Below the pieces are notes generated by a model. It worked only from the letters and a program-made list of their open reading frames with translations. It searched no databases and had not been told where the DNA came from. A stretch of DNA of 63,735 bases, filler included, from Octopus bimaculoides (taxonomy: Eukaryota): the NCBI RefSeq assembly GCF_001194135.2. It is 4 parts of 4 records of this genome, joined end to end, with 100 filler letters (N's around TTAATTAATTAA, not from the genome) between each part and the next. Parts side by side here need not be neighbours in the genome. Positions count along the whole stretch, not along the records: positions 1 to 30,157 come from NC_068994.1; 3 more parts are not named here. One strand, given 5' to 3'. Positions within the stretch are counted from its first letter, which is position 1; each line of letters opens with the position of its first letter. Positions 10,801-22,112 of this stretch are shown one piece after another. Both the position numbers and the translations under genes were made by a program.

Positions 10801-11301
10801 GGAACACAATGGGGGTCATAGGGTTTTAATTCATTTCCTATTTCTCTATCTCTTTATCATCAACAAAAAAATCTAAGACTAGAAGACTGCTATATTTAGA
10901 ATACAGAGCAAAGTGAGTTGACAGCTCCTAGCTGGCTGTTGGTCATAAATTTCAGACTGTCACAGGTACTCCTCTACCCACAAGAGAAAGAAACAAAACT
11001 TTAGAAAGAGTCCATTAGATAGTAGTAAATGTCTATAAAAGAGGTAGGGTGGGGTGACATTAATTCATGATGCTGTTATCAGTTAAAGGGCAAACTCTAT
11101 GAAGCTGAGGATGCTACAATGAGATCCAGGAAAACATTAGAGGCTCAATGGGAGAACACTTACAAACAATATTATGTTGTATAAAAATAAAGCTTTAAAA
11201 ATTCTAGAAAATAGTATCTTAACGAGGTGATTTTTTTGTTGATGATAAGGAGATAGATAAATTGGAAATGGATTACAACCCTATGACCCCCATTGTGCTC
11301 C
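10801..11301. mobile_element. MITE-like element with ~73-bp terminal inverted repeats
   Basis: 10801-10873 is the imperfect reverse complement of 11229-11301 (GGAACACAATGGGGGTCATAGGGTT...); ~355-bp non-coding spacer; no clear TSD. Confidence 0.75.
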
Positions 11302-13392
11302 TGGAAATCTCATTAGTGATTGTTAGCTCCTGGCAATCTCATTAGTCATTTCTAGCACTTGGTAACCTCATAGGTCACTATTAGCTCCTAGCAATCTCAC
11401 CAGCTTCTGCTAGCTCCCATGCAATTTCATAAGCCACTACTAGCACCTGGTAATATCGTAAGTCACTGCTAGATCATGGGAATATTACTAGTCATTGCTA
11501 GCTCCTGGCAATCTCACTAGTCACTTCTAACTCCTGGCAATCTCATAAGTCACTGCTATCCTGGCAGTATCACTAGTCGCTACTAGCTCCTGGCAATCTC
11601 ATTAGTCACTGCTAGCACCTGGCAATATCACAAGTCATTGCTAGCTTCTGGTAATCTCATTAGCCATTGCTAGCTCCTGGCAAACTCATAAGTCATTGCT
11701 AGCTCCTGGTAATCTCACCAGTCACTGCTAGACCCTGGCAACCTGATATGTCACTGCTAGCTTGTTACCATCTCAGTTACTGCTAGCTCCTGGCAATATC
11801 ACTAGTCACTGCTAGCTTCTACCAATCTCACTAGTGACTGCTGGCTCCTGGCAATCTAGTGTGCTATCTCCTGACAATCTAGTCAGTGCTAGCTCCTGGT
11901 AATCTCACTAGTCATTGCTAGCTCCTTGCAATCTTATTGGCCATTGCTAGGCCCTGGTAATCTAGTCACTGCTATTTCCTGGCAGTCTTACTACTCAGTG
12001 TTAGCTCCTGGCAATCTTATAACTCACTGCTAGCTCCTAGTCTTCTCATTAGTCGTTGTTAGCTCCTGGCTATCTCATTAGTCACTGCTAGCTCCTGGCA
12101 ATCTCTCAAATCATCACTATCTCCTAGCAATCTCACTAGTCACTGCTAGCTCCTGACAATCTCAATAGTCACTGCTAGCTTCTGCCAATCTCACAAGTCA
12201 CTACTAGCTCCTGGCAATCTCATAAGTCACTACAAGTCCCTGGTAATATCGTAAGTCACTGCTAGCTCCTGGCCATCACACTAGTCACTGCTAGCTCCTG
12301 GCAATCTCACTTGTCATTGCTAGCTCCTGGCAATCTTATTAGACATTACTAGCTCCTGGAATCTCATAAGTCACTGCTAGCTCCTTACAATCTCACTAGC
12401 CACTGCTAGATCCTGGCAATCTCATTAGTCACTGCTTAGTCCTGGCAACCTTATATGTCACTGTTAGCTTGTGGCCATCTCACTAATTATTGCTAGTTCT
12501 TGGCAATCTCATAAGTCACTGCTATCCTAACAATCTCACTAGCCACTGCTAACTCCTGGCAATCTTAACAGTCACTGCTAGCTCCTCCTGCCAATCTCAC
12601 TAGCCACTGCTAACTCCTGCCAAGCTCACTAGTCACTGCTAGCTCCTGGCAATCTTATTAGTCATTGTTAGTTTCTGGCAATCTTATTAGTCATTGTTAG
12701 CTTCTGGCAATCTCATTAGTTATTGCTAGCTCTTCTCAACTTCATAAGTCACTGCTAGCTTCTGGCAATCTCACTAGTCACTGCTAGCTCCTGGCAATTT
12801 CATAAGTTACTGCTAGCTCCTAGCAATCTCACTAGTCACTGCTCACTCTTGGCAATCTCATAAGTTACTGCGAGTTCCTGGCAATCTCACTAGTCATTGT
12901 TAGCTCCTTGCAATTTCATTACTCGTTGCTAGCTCCTGGCAATCTCACTAGCCACTGCTAGCTCTTGGAAGCCTCATTAGTCATTGATAGCTCCTGGCAA
13001 TCTCATTAGTCATTACTAGCTCTTGGTAACCTCATAAGTCACTGCTATTCTGGCAATCTGGCAATCTCACTAGCCACAGCTAGCTCCTGGCAATCTCATT
13101 AGTCACCTCTAGCTCCTAGCAATCTCACTAGTCACTGGTAGCTTCTGGCTATCTCACTAGTGACTGTTAGCTCCTGGAAATTTAGTCAGTCTTATCTCCT
13201 AGCAATCTCACTAGTCATTGCTAGCTCCTGGTAATCTCACAAGTTACCACTAACTCCTGGTAGTCTCATAAGCCTCTACTAGATCCTGGTAATATCATAA
13301 GTTACTGCTAGCTCCTGGCAATCCCACTAGTCACTGTTAGCTCCTGGCAATCTCACTAGTCACTGTAATATTCTAGCAGTATCACTAACTGA
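11298..13392. repeat. 29-bp minisatellite, roughly 70 copies
   Basis: Consensus GCTAGCTCCTGGCAATCTCACTAGTCACT with 25-27-bp deletion variants; no ORF. Confidence 0.95.
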
Positions 13393-13650
13393 CATTTCAC
13401 TTCTCCCCCATAAATGTTGGGGTTTTTTTTTACACTCAGAAAGGCTATAAGAAATTTTGTTACAAACAAAAACCACAGCATTTTACATCTGAACAGTGTA
13501 TTTACATTAAGTATGATATACAATTGTCTGTTTTATTTTAACGCTTTTTCATTTGCATTTGTATTCATGTAATATGTATATGTTCATATGTGTGCATGTA
13601 TATATCCAATATCCATCACTTACAAGTGGGTATGACCTGATAGCATGTAC

Positions 13651-13752
13651 CTTAATTTCACTAATTGTTTTAGGTCCCTGTGTAGTTGCAAGTAAACAGA
13701 GACACCCTAGTGATCCTTCTATCTGAGACCTAGAACATTGAGGATGTGAAAG
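13651..13752 (-). CDS. Candidate internal exon of an unidentified host gene (102 nt, phase 0 to 0)
   Basis: Acceptor TTTCCTCTTTCTCTCCAG|C, donor AAG|GTACAT; open as LSHPQCSRSQIEGSLGCLCLLATTQGPKTISEIK, in phase with 4718-4833. Confidence 0.5.
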
Positions 13753-13794
13753 CTGGAGAGAAAGAGGAAATGCACCAGCAGTACTCAGCTGATA

Positions 13795-13925
13795 ATCATT
13801 TTATAATTAAGTAGACTACAGCAACATAAAATGAAGCACCTTGCTCAAGTGCCACCCAGCATATGACTCAAATACACAACCTTATGATTGTGAGCCTCTC
13901 ACTCTAATCACTCAACCACGTATTT
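13795..13925 (-). mobile_element. tRNA-derived SINE head fragment
   Basis: Minus strand GTGGTTGAGTGATTAGAGTG...CACTTGAGCAAGGTGCTTCATTTT, like the 9015 SINE. Confidence 0.5.
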
Positions 13926-14160
13926 TGTCCTTGAGCAAACCTTTAGATTTCATATTGATCCATTCAGCTCAGCTAAAAATAAGTGCCAGCCAACTGCTGG
14001 TGCAGCCCTCTCTTCCTCCATCTGTTACATCCTTAATGTTCTGCTGGTTCAAGGGTAGGAAAACCAAGAGGGTATGTATGTGTGGATTTGTAACTGCCTA
14101 AAACAATTAGCAAAATGTATTTAAAAGAATTAGCAAAAGCATGGCACAGTCTACCAAGTA

Positions 14161-15408
14161 ATGAGGGTGTTCGTAGGCTGGCTGTGAAGTCTTGCAGACA
14201 TCAATTTCAACTCATCTTATTTGAACTGCCTTGTTTCCTTCCAAGTAAGCTGATATCACAGAAGACTTCAAAATTAATTAGTAGCTACTTGAAAATGAAC
14301 AAAATTTGGTAGTGTGGTGTTATCAGATACCTGCAGAAAAAGAGTTTAGTCCCCAATAACATTCATACTGATATGGTCGCTACATTAGGGGACAATGCTC
14401 CAGCTTTATCAACTGTGCAAAAGTGAGCAGCGGAATTTAGGAAGGGAACTGAAATTTTGAAGAAGAGTTTTGAAGCTGACACAAGGTTTGGATGTCCTGC
14501 AACTGTCACCATCGAGGAAAGCCTTGAATGTGTTTACCACATGGTGATAAATGATGGGTGATTGAGTATAAATCAAATAGCCAATGCTATTAGCATATCC
14601 TGTGAGAGAGTTGACAATATTCTGCACAATGAACTTGGCATGATGAAGGTTTCTGCTCAGTGGGTTGTACATCTTCTGACATCTGATCAAAGGTACTCCA
14701 GACTGATCATGTCATAAGAAAATCTGACATTGTTTGAGGCAGATTCAGCTGGTTTACTTGAATGTTTCCTAACCCAGCATGAATATTGGGATCATCACTT
14801 TGAGCCAAAGACAATCCATGTAATGGAAACACCCTTCATCACCTGCTCCAAAGAAGACTATGGCATTTCATCTGCAGGAAAGGTGACAGCCTCAGTTTTT
14901 TTGGATGATGCAAAAGACATTGTGTTTATTGACTATCTTCAAAAGGGCTATGCTATCAATGGAGACTACTATGCCAAGTTACTGAGGTAGTTACAAAAGG
15001 CTATCAAGACCAAATGCTCATGAAATCTGGCAAAAGGTATTTTGTTTCATCAGGACAATGCTTCAATATGCAAGTCCTTGGTTTCAATGGTCTCTGTGCA
15101 TGACTGCAGTTTTAAACTGGTTGATCACCATCCCTATTCTTCTGATTTGCTCCTATCTGACTATCATGTGTTCCCCAACATGAAAAAGCACTTGGCTGGG
15201 AACCAGTATCACCATGATGATGACGTCATATCTGCTGTTGATGACTTTTTTGACCAGTACGATGAAAGCTTTTTCACCAATCAGATCAAAGCACTGACCA
15301 AGGAAAGATGTGTGTAGACCACAAGGGGGACAATGTTGAAAAATAAACCTTATGTAGTCACATTCAGTGAGAATATCTTGGTCAGCCTATGAATTTTTCA
15401 GCTGCATT
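14161..15408 (+). mobile_element. Decayed mariner element (DD34D transposase pseudogene)
   Basis: Frames give LSTVQK*AAEF, KVSAQWVVHLL, FHQDNA...PYSSDLLLSDYHVF; remnant TIRs GTTCGTAGGCTG / CAGCCTATGAAT. Confidence 0.88.
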
Positions 15409-15409
15409 G

Positions 15410-17525
15410 AGAGGCTGCACCAGGCTCCAATCTGATTTGGCAAGGTTTCTACAGCTGGATGTTCTTCCTAATGCCAACCACTCTGAGAGTGTAGTGAGTG
15501 CTATTTACGTGCCTCTAACATGGGTGCCAGGCAGGTGGCACTGGCATCGGCTACACTCAAATGGTGCTTTTTATGTGCCACTGGCATGGGTGCCAGTCAG
15601 GTGGCACTTGCTTCAGCCATGCTTGAATCTTGCTTTTTACATGCCACCAGCACAGGTGCCAGTCAAGTGGTACTGACATCAGCCATGCTCAAATGGTGTT
15701 TTTTACATGCCACTGGCATCAGTGCCAGTCAGGAGGCACTGACATCGGCCACGACTATGATTTCACTCGGTTCAACAGGTCTTCATAAGCATGGCATATC
15801 AGCCAACAATTGAAGAGTGCTTTTGAATAGACCAGTTATGCAACACTGGCATCGGCCATGACTACAATCTCACCTGGCTTGCCGGATCTTTTCAGCATGG
15901 CATATCTCCAAAGGTCTCGGTCGCTTGTCATCACTTCTGTGAAGCCCAGTGTTCAAAGGTTGTGCTGCATTACCTCATCCCATGTCTTCCTGGATCTACT
16001 TCTTCCACAGGTTCCTTCCACTGTTAGGATGAGACACTTCTTCACACAACTGTCCTCATCCATACACACCACATGAACATACCAGTCTCTCTTGCACACC
16101 ACATCTTATGCTTCTTACATCGAATTTTTCTCTCAGGGTGCTTACACTCTGTTGTGTATGCACACTCACATTACACATCCAGCAGAGTATACTAGCTTCA
16201 TTTCTTTCAAGCCTACGCAGTAGTCATGGCCCATGTTTCTCTGCCATGTAGCATGGCTATTTGCACATAGGCATCATAAATCTACCTTTCACTCTGAGTG
16301 AAAGGCCCTTGTTACCAGCAGAGGTAGGAGCTCTCTGAATTTTGCCCAGGCTATTCTTATTCTAGCAGCTACACTCTCAGAGCATCCACCCCCACTACTG
16401 ACTCGGTCACCTAGGTAACGAAAGCTATCAACTACTTCCATTTTATTTCCCCCTGGCATGTGATGGAACTGTTTTCTGTACATTTTTGGTGTAACTTCTC
16501 AGTTAGCCTTCCTTTGATATTGCTGCACCTCTTACGTGTCCATAGCTTACACTGGGTACATCTTATGGAGTTTCTACCTATGCCTTTTCTACAGATTAAG
16601 CAGGGCCATCTACCTGAAGGTATTTGTGATTTGCCTGCCTTCCTACTTACTAAAACTTTGGTTTTTGCTAGGTTAACTGTAAGGTGCTTCAATTCTTGAC
16701 CTTTGCTTCCACACCTGAAACTTCTCTAGTTCTGTTAGTGACTCAGCTATTAAAGTTAGGTCATCAGCATAGAGGAACTCCCAAGAGCAGCCTGTCTTGA
16801 ATTCCTCTGTTATTGCCTGAAAGACTATGATGAACAAGAGGGAGCTGAGGACCGATCCTTGGTGAACCCCCCACTTCTACCCGGATTTCTTCACTATACT
16901 CATTGCCCACCCTCATCTTACTGACAGCATCCTTGTACATGACTTGACTAGCTCTCACCAACCACTCATCTATCCCTAGTTTCCACATTGACCACCAGAT
17001 AAGAGATTGGGGGACCCTGTCAAAGGCTTTTTTCATGTCAGCAAAAGCCAAGTACACCGGACTATCTTTGATTAGGTATTTCTCCTGCAGCTGTCTTACC
17101 GGAAATATAGCATCAGTGGTGTTTCTTCCTGGCACAAACTCAAACTGCATCTCATCTAGACTAACTCTCTCCCTAATTAGTTGGGCTATGACCCTCTCCT
17201 TGACTTTCATCACCTGATCCAATAATATGATACTTCAATTATTATTTGTCTAAGGCGTCATCTTTACCTTTGTACTGCTACACCAGTCATTGGGTATGAC
17301 TCCTTCGTGTATCACCTGGTTAACTATATGGGTGACTAGATTATAGCATATACCACCAGATATTTTAAGCATTTCAGCTATTATTCCTGACAGCCTGGGG
17401 GCTTTTTCTGCCTTCATACCCTTAATTGCTTTTTCTACCAAGGTACTATCAATTCAGATAGCTGGTTCATCTGTTGGGTTGACATGTGGCAGACTCTCTT
17501 TCTCCCATTTATTCTCTTCATTTAG
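15410..17525 (-). mobile_element. Decayed RTE-clade LINE, 5' truncated, with 3' UTR
   Basis: RT (MQFEFVPGRNTTDAIFPVRQLQEKY, AFDRVP), Zn finger WPCLICRKG...CTQCKLW, MEVVDSFRYLGD; 3' UTR matches 20130-20706. Confidence 0.9.
15498..15761. repeat. Four tandem 66-bp units in the RTE 3' UTR
   Basis: Units start at 15498, 15564, 15630, 15696 (GTGCTTTTTACGTGCCACCGGCAC...-like), each with GTGCC...GGCAC hairpins. Confidence 0.8.
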
Positions 17526-17734
17526 CATCCTACATAAATATCATCCTCATTATTAGGCATTGTTGTGTGGTTAAAAAGCTTCACATTGGAACGATGTGTT
17601 TAGGGGTGCAGCACCACTATGTAGTCGTTATCATCTGGTATTCTGTATTATAGCTGTAGATCAACTAATGTCTTGTGAGTGAAATTAGAAAATGGAACCT
17701 GAAGAAGCCTCTTACACATACGCGTGTGCATGCG

Positions 17735-17777
<43 letters not shown>

Positions 17778-17959
17778 AGTGTCACTCACTCGCAAACACA
17801 TGCATACACACATATTTCTTTTATAAGAATAATGTTGAGAATGATGCCATGGTTTTATCAGACTGTGGTATATTTTAGTTCATCTTCACTTTATATTGTC
17901 TTTAGTAAGTTTATTTCTTCTGGGGTAGGTGGAGTTCTGCAGTATGATAATTATATTGT

Positions 17960-18420
17960 AGGGTGAGTTTTGATACAAATATGTTATAGAAGAGTTTTAT
18001 CAATTAAATTTGGAGTTGTGTTATCATTCAGCATTCAGTGATGCATGTAAAACTTTGTAACCATGTGTGTCTTTTTAGATGTAAGCTTCAGTTCTTTGGA
18101 TTGCTATTTAGGGTTCACAAAAATGTAAGTAGGTGAACAGGCTAGTTGGTCTGCAGATGGCTAACTAGGTATAGTTGTTGATGTTATTTTGAACACTAAT
18201 AGGAGAGTCAACCTGTTTGTTTTAAGCAGATGGAGGTTGTTGTCCATATTCAGTCCAGTATGTAAAACATTTTGATTAGGTGTGTTTATGTAGGAGTATC
18301 AACTTTAGGTCACATAATTTTTAGTATAGAAATTTGGTTATCTTGTTTTTGTTTAGGAGTTCACAAAAGAATGTAAATAATTTGAAAGGTTAGTTAGTCA
18401 GCAGATTGAGTGCTTTCTTA
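17960..18420 (-). mobile_element. Possible CR1/L2-type LINE 3' fragment, very decayed
   Basis: Minus frames give LHTGLNMDNNLHLLK.NRLTLLLVFKIT, resembling the post-RT region of CR1/L2; weak. Confidence 0.35.
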
Positions 18421-18439
18421 ACATTAATTGAAAAACAGG

Positions 18440-21400
18440 AAAAGATATAACACCCATTACAATTCTGTTTGAAAAATATATTTATCCAACTAAGAAGCAT
18501 TACTTGAAAACATTAATGCAAAAACTAAAAATTTCTTAAAGAGATTTACATGGAAAATTTGCCACTATAAAAAAGACCAACGAGGTGAACAGCCCACCAA
18601 TAACTATGGATTGAAGACAAATGCCCACAATCTAATCCTTTGAAGATGGTCTATTCACAATGATCAATGAAATTTAGTAAACAAACTAATGAACTGTAGA
18701 AAGAACTGATGCAGAAGAAAATATTGACTGCATAAATCAAGCACAGATGTGTTTGTAAAATCAGACAAAACAATGTCTACAAGATAAGTCAAAGTGCTTA
18801 TAATCACTTTCTTTCTAAGACAATCTCCAACACATACAAAAAGAAAAATCAGCAAAATATTAAATTTTAAACAATATAAACACCAGAGCCCAAAAAATAG
18901 GCACTAACTTCAAAATGTAAATATAAACTACATGTGTGTCATACATACATATCTATAGCTTTGACCCGATCCCTTATCTGGTGGTCAATGAGGAAACTAG
19001 GGATAGATGAGGGATTAGAGTGAGCTGTACAAGCCATGGAGAATGATGCAGTCAGTAAGGGCTGGCAACAAGTACAGTGAAGAAGTCTGGGTAGAAGTAG
19101 GGGTTCACCAAGGATCAGTCCTCAGCCCCCTTTTGTTCATCATAGTCCTCTAGGCATTAACAGAGGAATTCAAGACAGGTTGCCCCTGGGAGCTCCTCTA
19201 TGCTAATGACCTTGCTCTAATAGCTGAGTCACTACTAGAACTAGAGAAGAAGTTTCAAATGTGGAAGCAATGTCTAGAATCGAAGGGCCTTAGACTTAAC
19301 CTAGCAAAAACCAAAGTCGTAGTAAGTAGGAAAGCGGACAAATCACAAATCCCTTCAGGTAGACGGCCCTACTCAATCTGTAGAAAGGGTGTAGGTAGAA
19401 ACTCCATAAGATGTACCCACTGTAAGCTATGGACAAATAAGAGGTGTATCAATATCAAAGGAAGGCTAACTGAGAAGGTAGTTTTTATATGTGGCAGATG
19501 CTCAGGAGCAATAAACACTGAAAATGTGCAGTGAACAACTTCTGCCACTTTCCAAGGAGAAAAACTAGAAGTAGTTGATAGCTTTCATTACCTAGGTGAT
19601 CAAGTCAGTAGCAGGGGTGGGTGCTCTAAAAGTGTAGCTGCTAGAATAAGAATAGCCTGTGCAAAATTCAGAGAGCTCTTACCTCTGCTGGTGACAAAAG
19701 ACCTCTCGCCCAGAGTAAAAAGTAGATTGTATGATGCACATGTACGAACAGCCATGCTGAGGACATGTGTAAGCTTGCAAGGAATGAAGCTGGTATGCTC
19801 TGCTGGATGTGTAATGTCAGTGTGCATACACGACAGAGTGTAAGTACCTTGAGAGATAAGTTGGACCTAAGAAGCATTAGATGTGATGTGCAAGAGAGAC
19901 GACTGCACTGGTATGGCCATGTGGTAAGAATGGATGAGGATAGCTGTGTGAAAAAGTGCCACACTCTAGCGGTTGAGGGAACCTGTGGAAGAGGTAGACC
20001 CAGGAAGACCTGGGATGAGGTGTTGAAGCATGACCTTCGAACATTAGGCCTCACCGAGGCAATGACTTGTGACCGAGATCTTTGGAAATATGCTGTGCTT
20101 GAGAAGACCCAGCAATCCAAGTGAGATCATAACCCATGACCTATGCCCGAGGTGTAACCAGCCCACTTATGTGTACCTTTCCTTCATTGGACACTAAACT
20201 CTGCTTGCGAAGACCTGTTGAGGCAAGTGAAATTGAAATCAAAATCGATGACTGGCATCCATGTTAGTGGAGCACTAAGAGCACCATCTGAGCATGATCG
20301 TTGCCAGAGCAGCTGAGTGGCTCCTAATGCCGGTGGCACATAAAAAGCACCATTCAAGCATGATCGTTACCAGTGTTGTCTTACTGGCATGTCAAAAAAT
20401 ATTCGAGTGAGGTCATTGGCAGTGCCGCTGGACTGGCTCCTGTGCAGGTGGCACATGAAAAACACCACTTGAGTGTGGCCATTGCCAGTACCACCTAGCT
20501 GGTCCCCGTGCCGGTGGCACGTAAAAAGCACCCAGTACACTCTCAGAGTGGTTGGCATTAGGAAGGGCATCCTACTGTAGAAACTCCGCCAGATCAGATT
20601 GGAACCTGGTGCAGCCATCTGGTTCACCAGTCCTCAATCAAATTGTCCAACCCATGCCAGCATGGAAAGCGGACATTAAACAATGATGATGATGATGATG
20701 ATGATACACCCACGCACACACACACACACACCTATATATGTATCCATTATGATCATTATATGTTATAGTTATGTAATGGTCTTTTGGTGTTAATATATCT
20801 ACTCTATCATCTAACTATGAAAGACCATAAACCCAGTTTCAATAGTAATTCATCAGTCAGACTTATAACCCTTCAAAAGTGGACATTGACATCATTGGTA
20901 AAAGACAAATTCTCACTAAAAATAAAGCAAACTTGACATTACCTCTCTGGAGTAATGCATACAACATAATAGATTGGTTTAAGAAGATCCCAAACAAAAA
21001 TAAATGCTCTTTTTTCCAGTTTGACACCTAATCAATACTTATGGTTGCTTTGAACTTTGCAAAAGCAACAATCACAATAAGTGATACTGAAGCAAGGAAA
21101 TCCCTTCTTTTCCACAACAACGCTTTCTGGATTTAGAAAAATACAAATGAACTATTTGATGTAAACATGGGATCAAAGGACTCTGCAGAAGTAAGTGACA
21201 TTGTCAGCCTTTACATTTTAGCAAACTTGCACAACCACTTTCCTTTCATCTGCTGAGATAATAATCTACCTCTCTTAAGAATCTACAACCCTTAAAAAAT
21301 GACAAATTTAGGCAAAAACTACATCACTTCTTTAAAAACTAAAGCTTCTCCATTACTATAAAAACACATCTAAAATCAGTCAACTTTCTTGGTGTTTCCA

Positions 21401-21560
21401 TCGACTTAGAATACAATATTTATAAACCTTATAAGAAAGATAACAAAAAATTCCGGTATATATATATAGGCAATCCAACCATCCTAAAAGTATAATTAAA
21501 AACATAACTAAGGAACATATTTATCTTCCAACAAAAAAAGAAAAGTAGAGGAAATAGCAA
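18440..21560 (+). mobile_element. Decayed Penelope-like element ORF (N-terminus and RT), split by an RTE insertion
   Basis: 18440-18900 gives NNYGLKT...FEDGLFTMINE...VFVKSDKT...TYKK; resumes at ~20815 with KDHKPSFNSNSSVRLINP, RKSLLF, LFDVNMGSKDSAEVSDIV, YKPYKKDN, SNHP. Confidence 0.75.
18958..20706 (+). mobile_element. RTE-clade LINE, 5' truncated, with 3' UTR and (GAT)n tail
   Basis: LIWWSMRKLGIDE, GVHQGSVLSP, YANDL, Zn finger, RRLHWYGHVVRM...GRGRPRKTW; ends (GAT)n at ~20685-20706. Confidence 0.92.
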
Positions 21561-22075
21561 CTCCATGTAATGACGCTCTCAATATTATATATTATATATT
21601 ACACAATTGTTGTTAATACTGTGTATTCCTGTATATTTCTTGGTTCCAACATTCTTCTTTCAGCTGAATAAACTCATTAAAATTTCATGTATCATAGAGA
21701 GACTCTTCTTTTTATTTTCTCCTTTCTGTTACATTCCTGCCGAAGACAGTTGACACGGGACACAAGAGAATAACTGTTGTTTGAGATAGTCTTTAATAAT
21801 TTCAACAAGGAATCTTGTCATTTTACCAATTCCTTTAAGCTGACAGTTAAAACCTCTAATGGCAGATGAAGGAATTATCCATGCATTTCCATCCTTATAC
21901 TCAATTATTGATAGGCCTTTCAAATTCATGGAATTTATCTTCCAATTTTCTCTTCTTTTCAGTTGTGCAAAACACTTGATCAATAAAATTTATTATGTAC
22001 AACACCATACATCACTAATTAATTCAGAGGTTGATTGATTGCATAAATCAGTGAATATCTATCTGTCTGTATTTG

Positions 22076-22112
<37 letters not shown>

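Noticed and set aside
11298-13392. Minisatellite as CRISPR array or repetitive coding exon
   Set aside because: No unique spacers, eukaryotic context, 29-bp unit breaks frame and no ORF is present.
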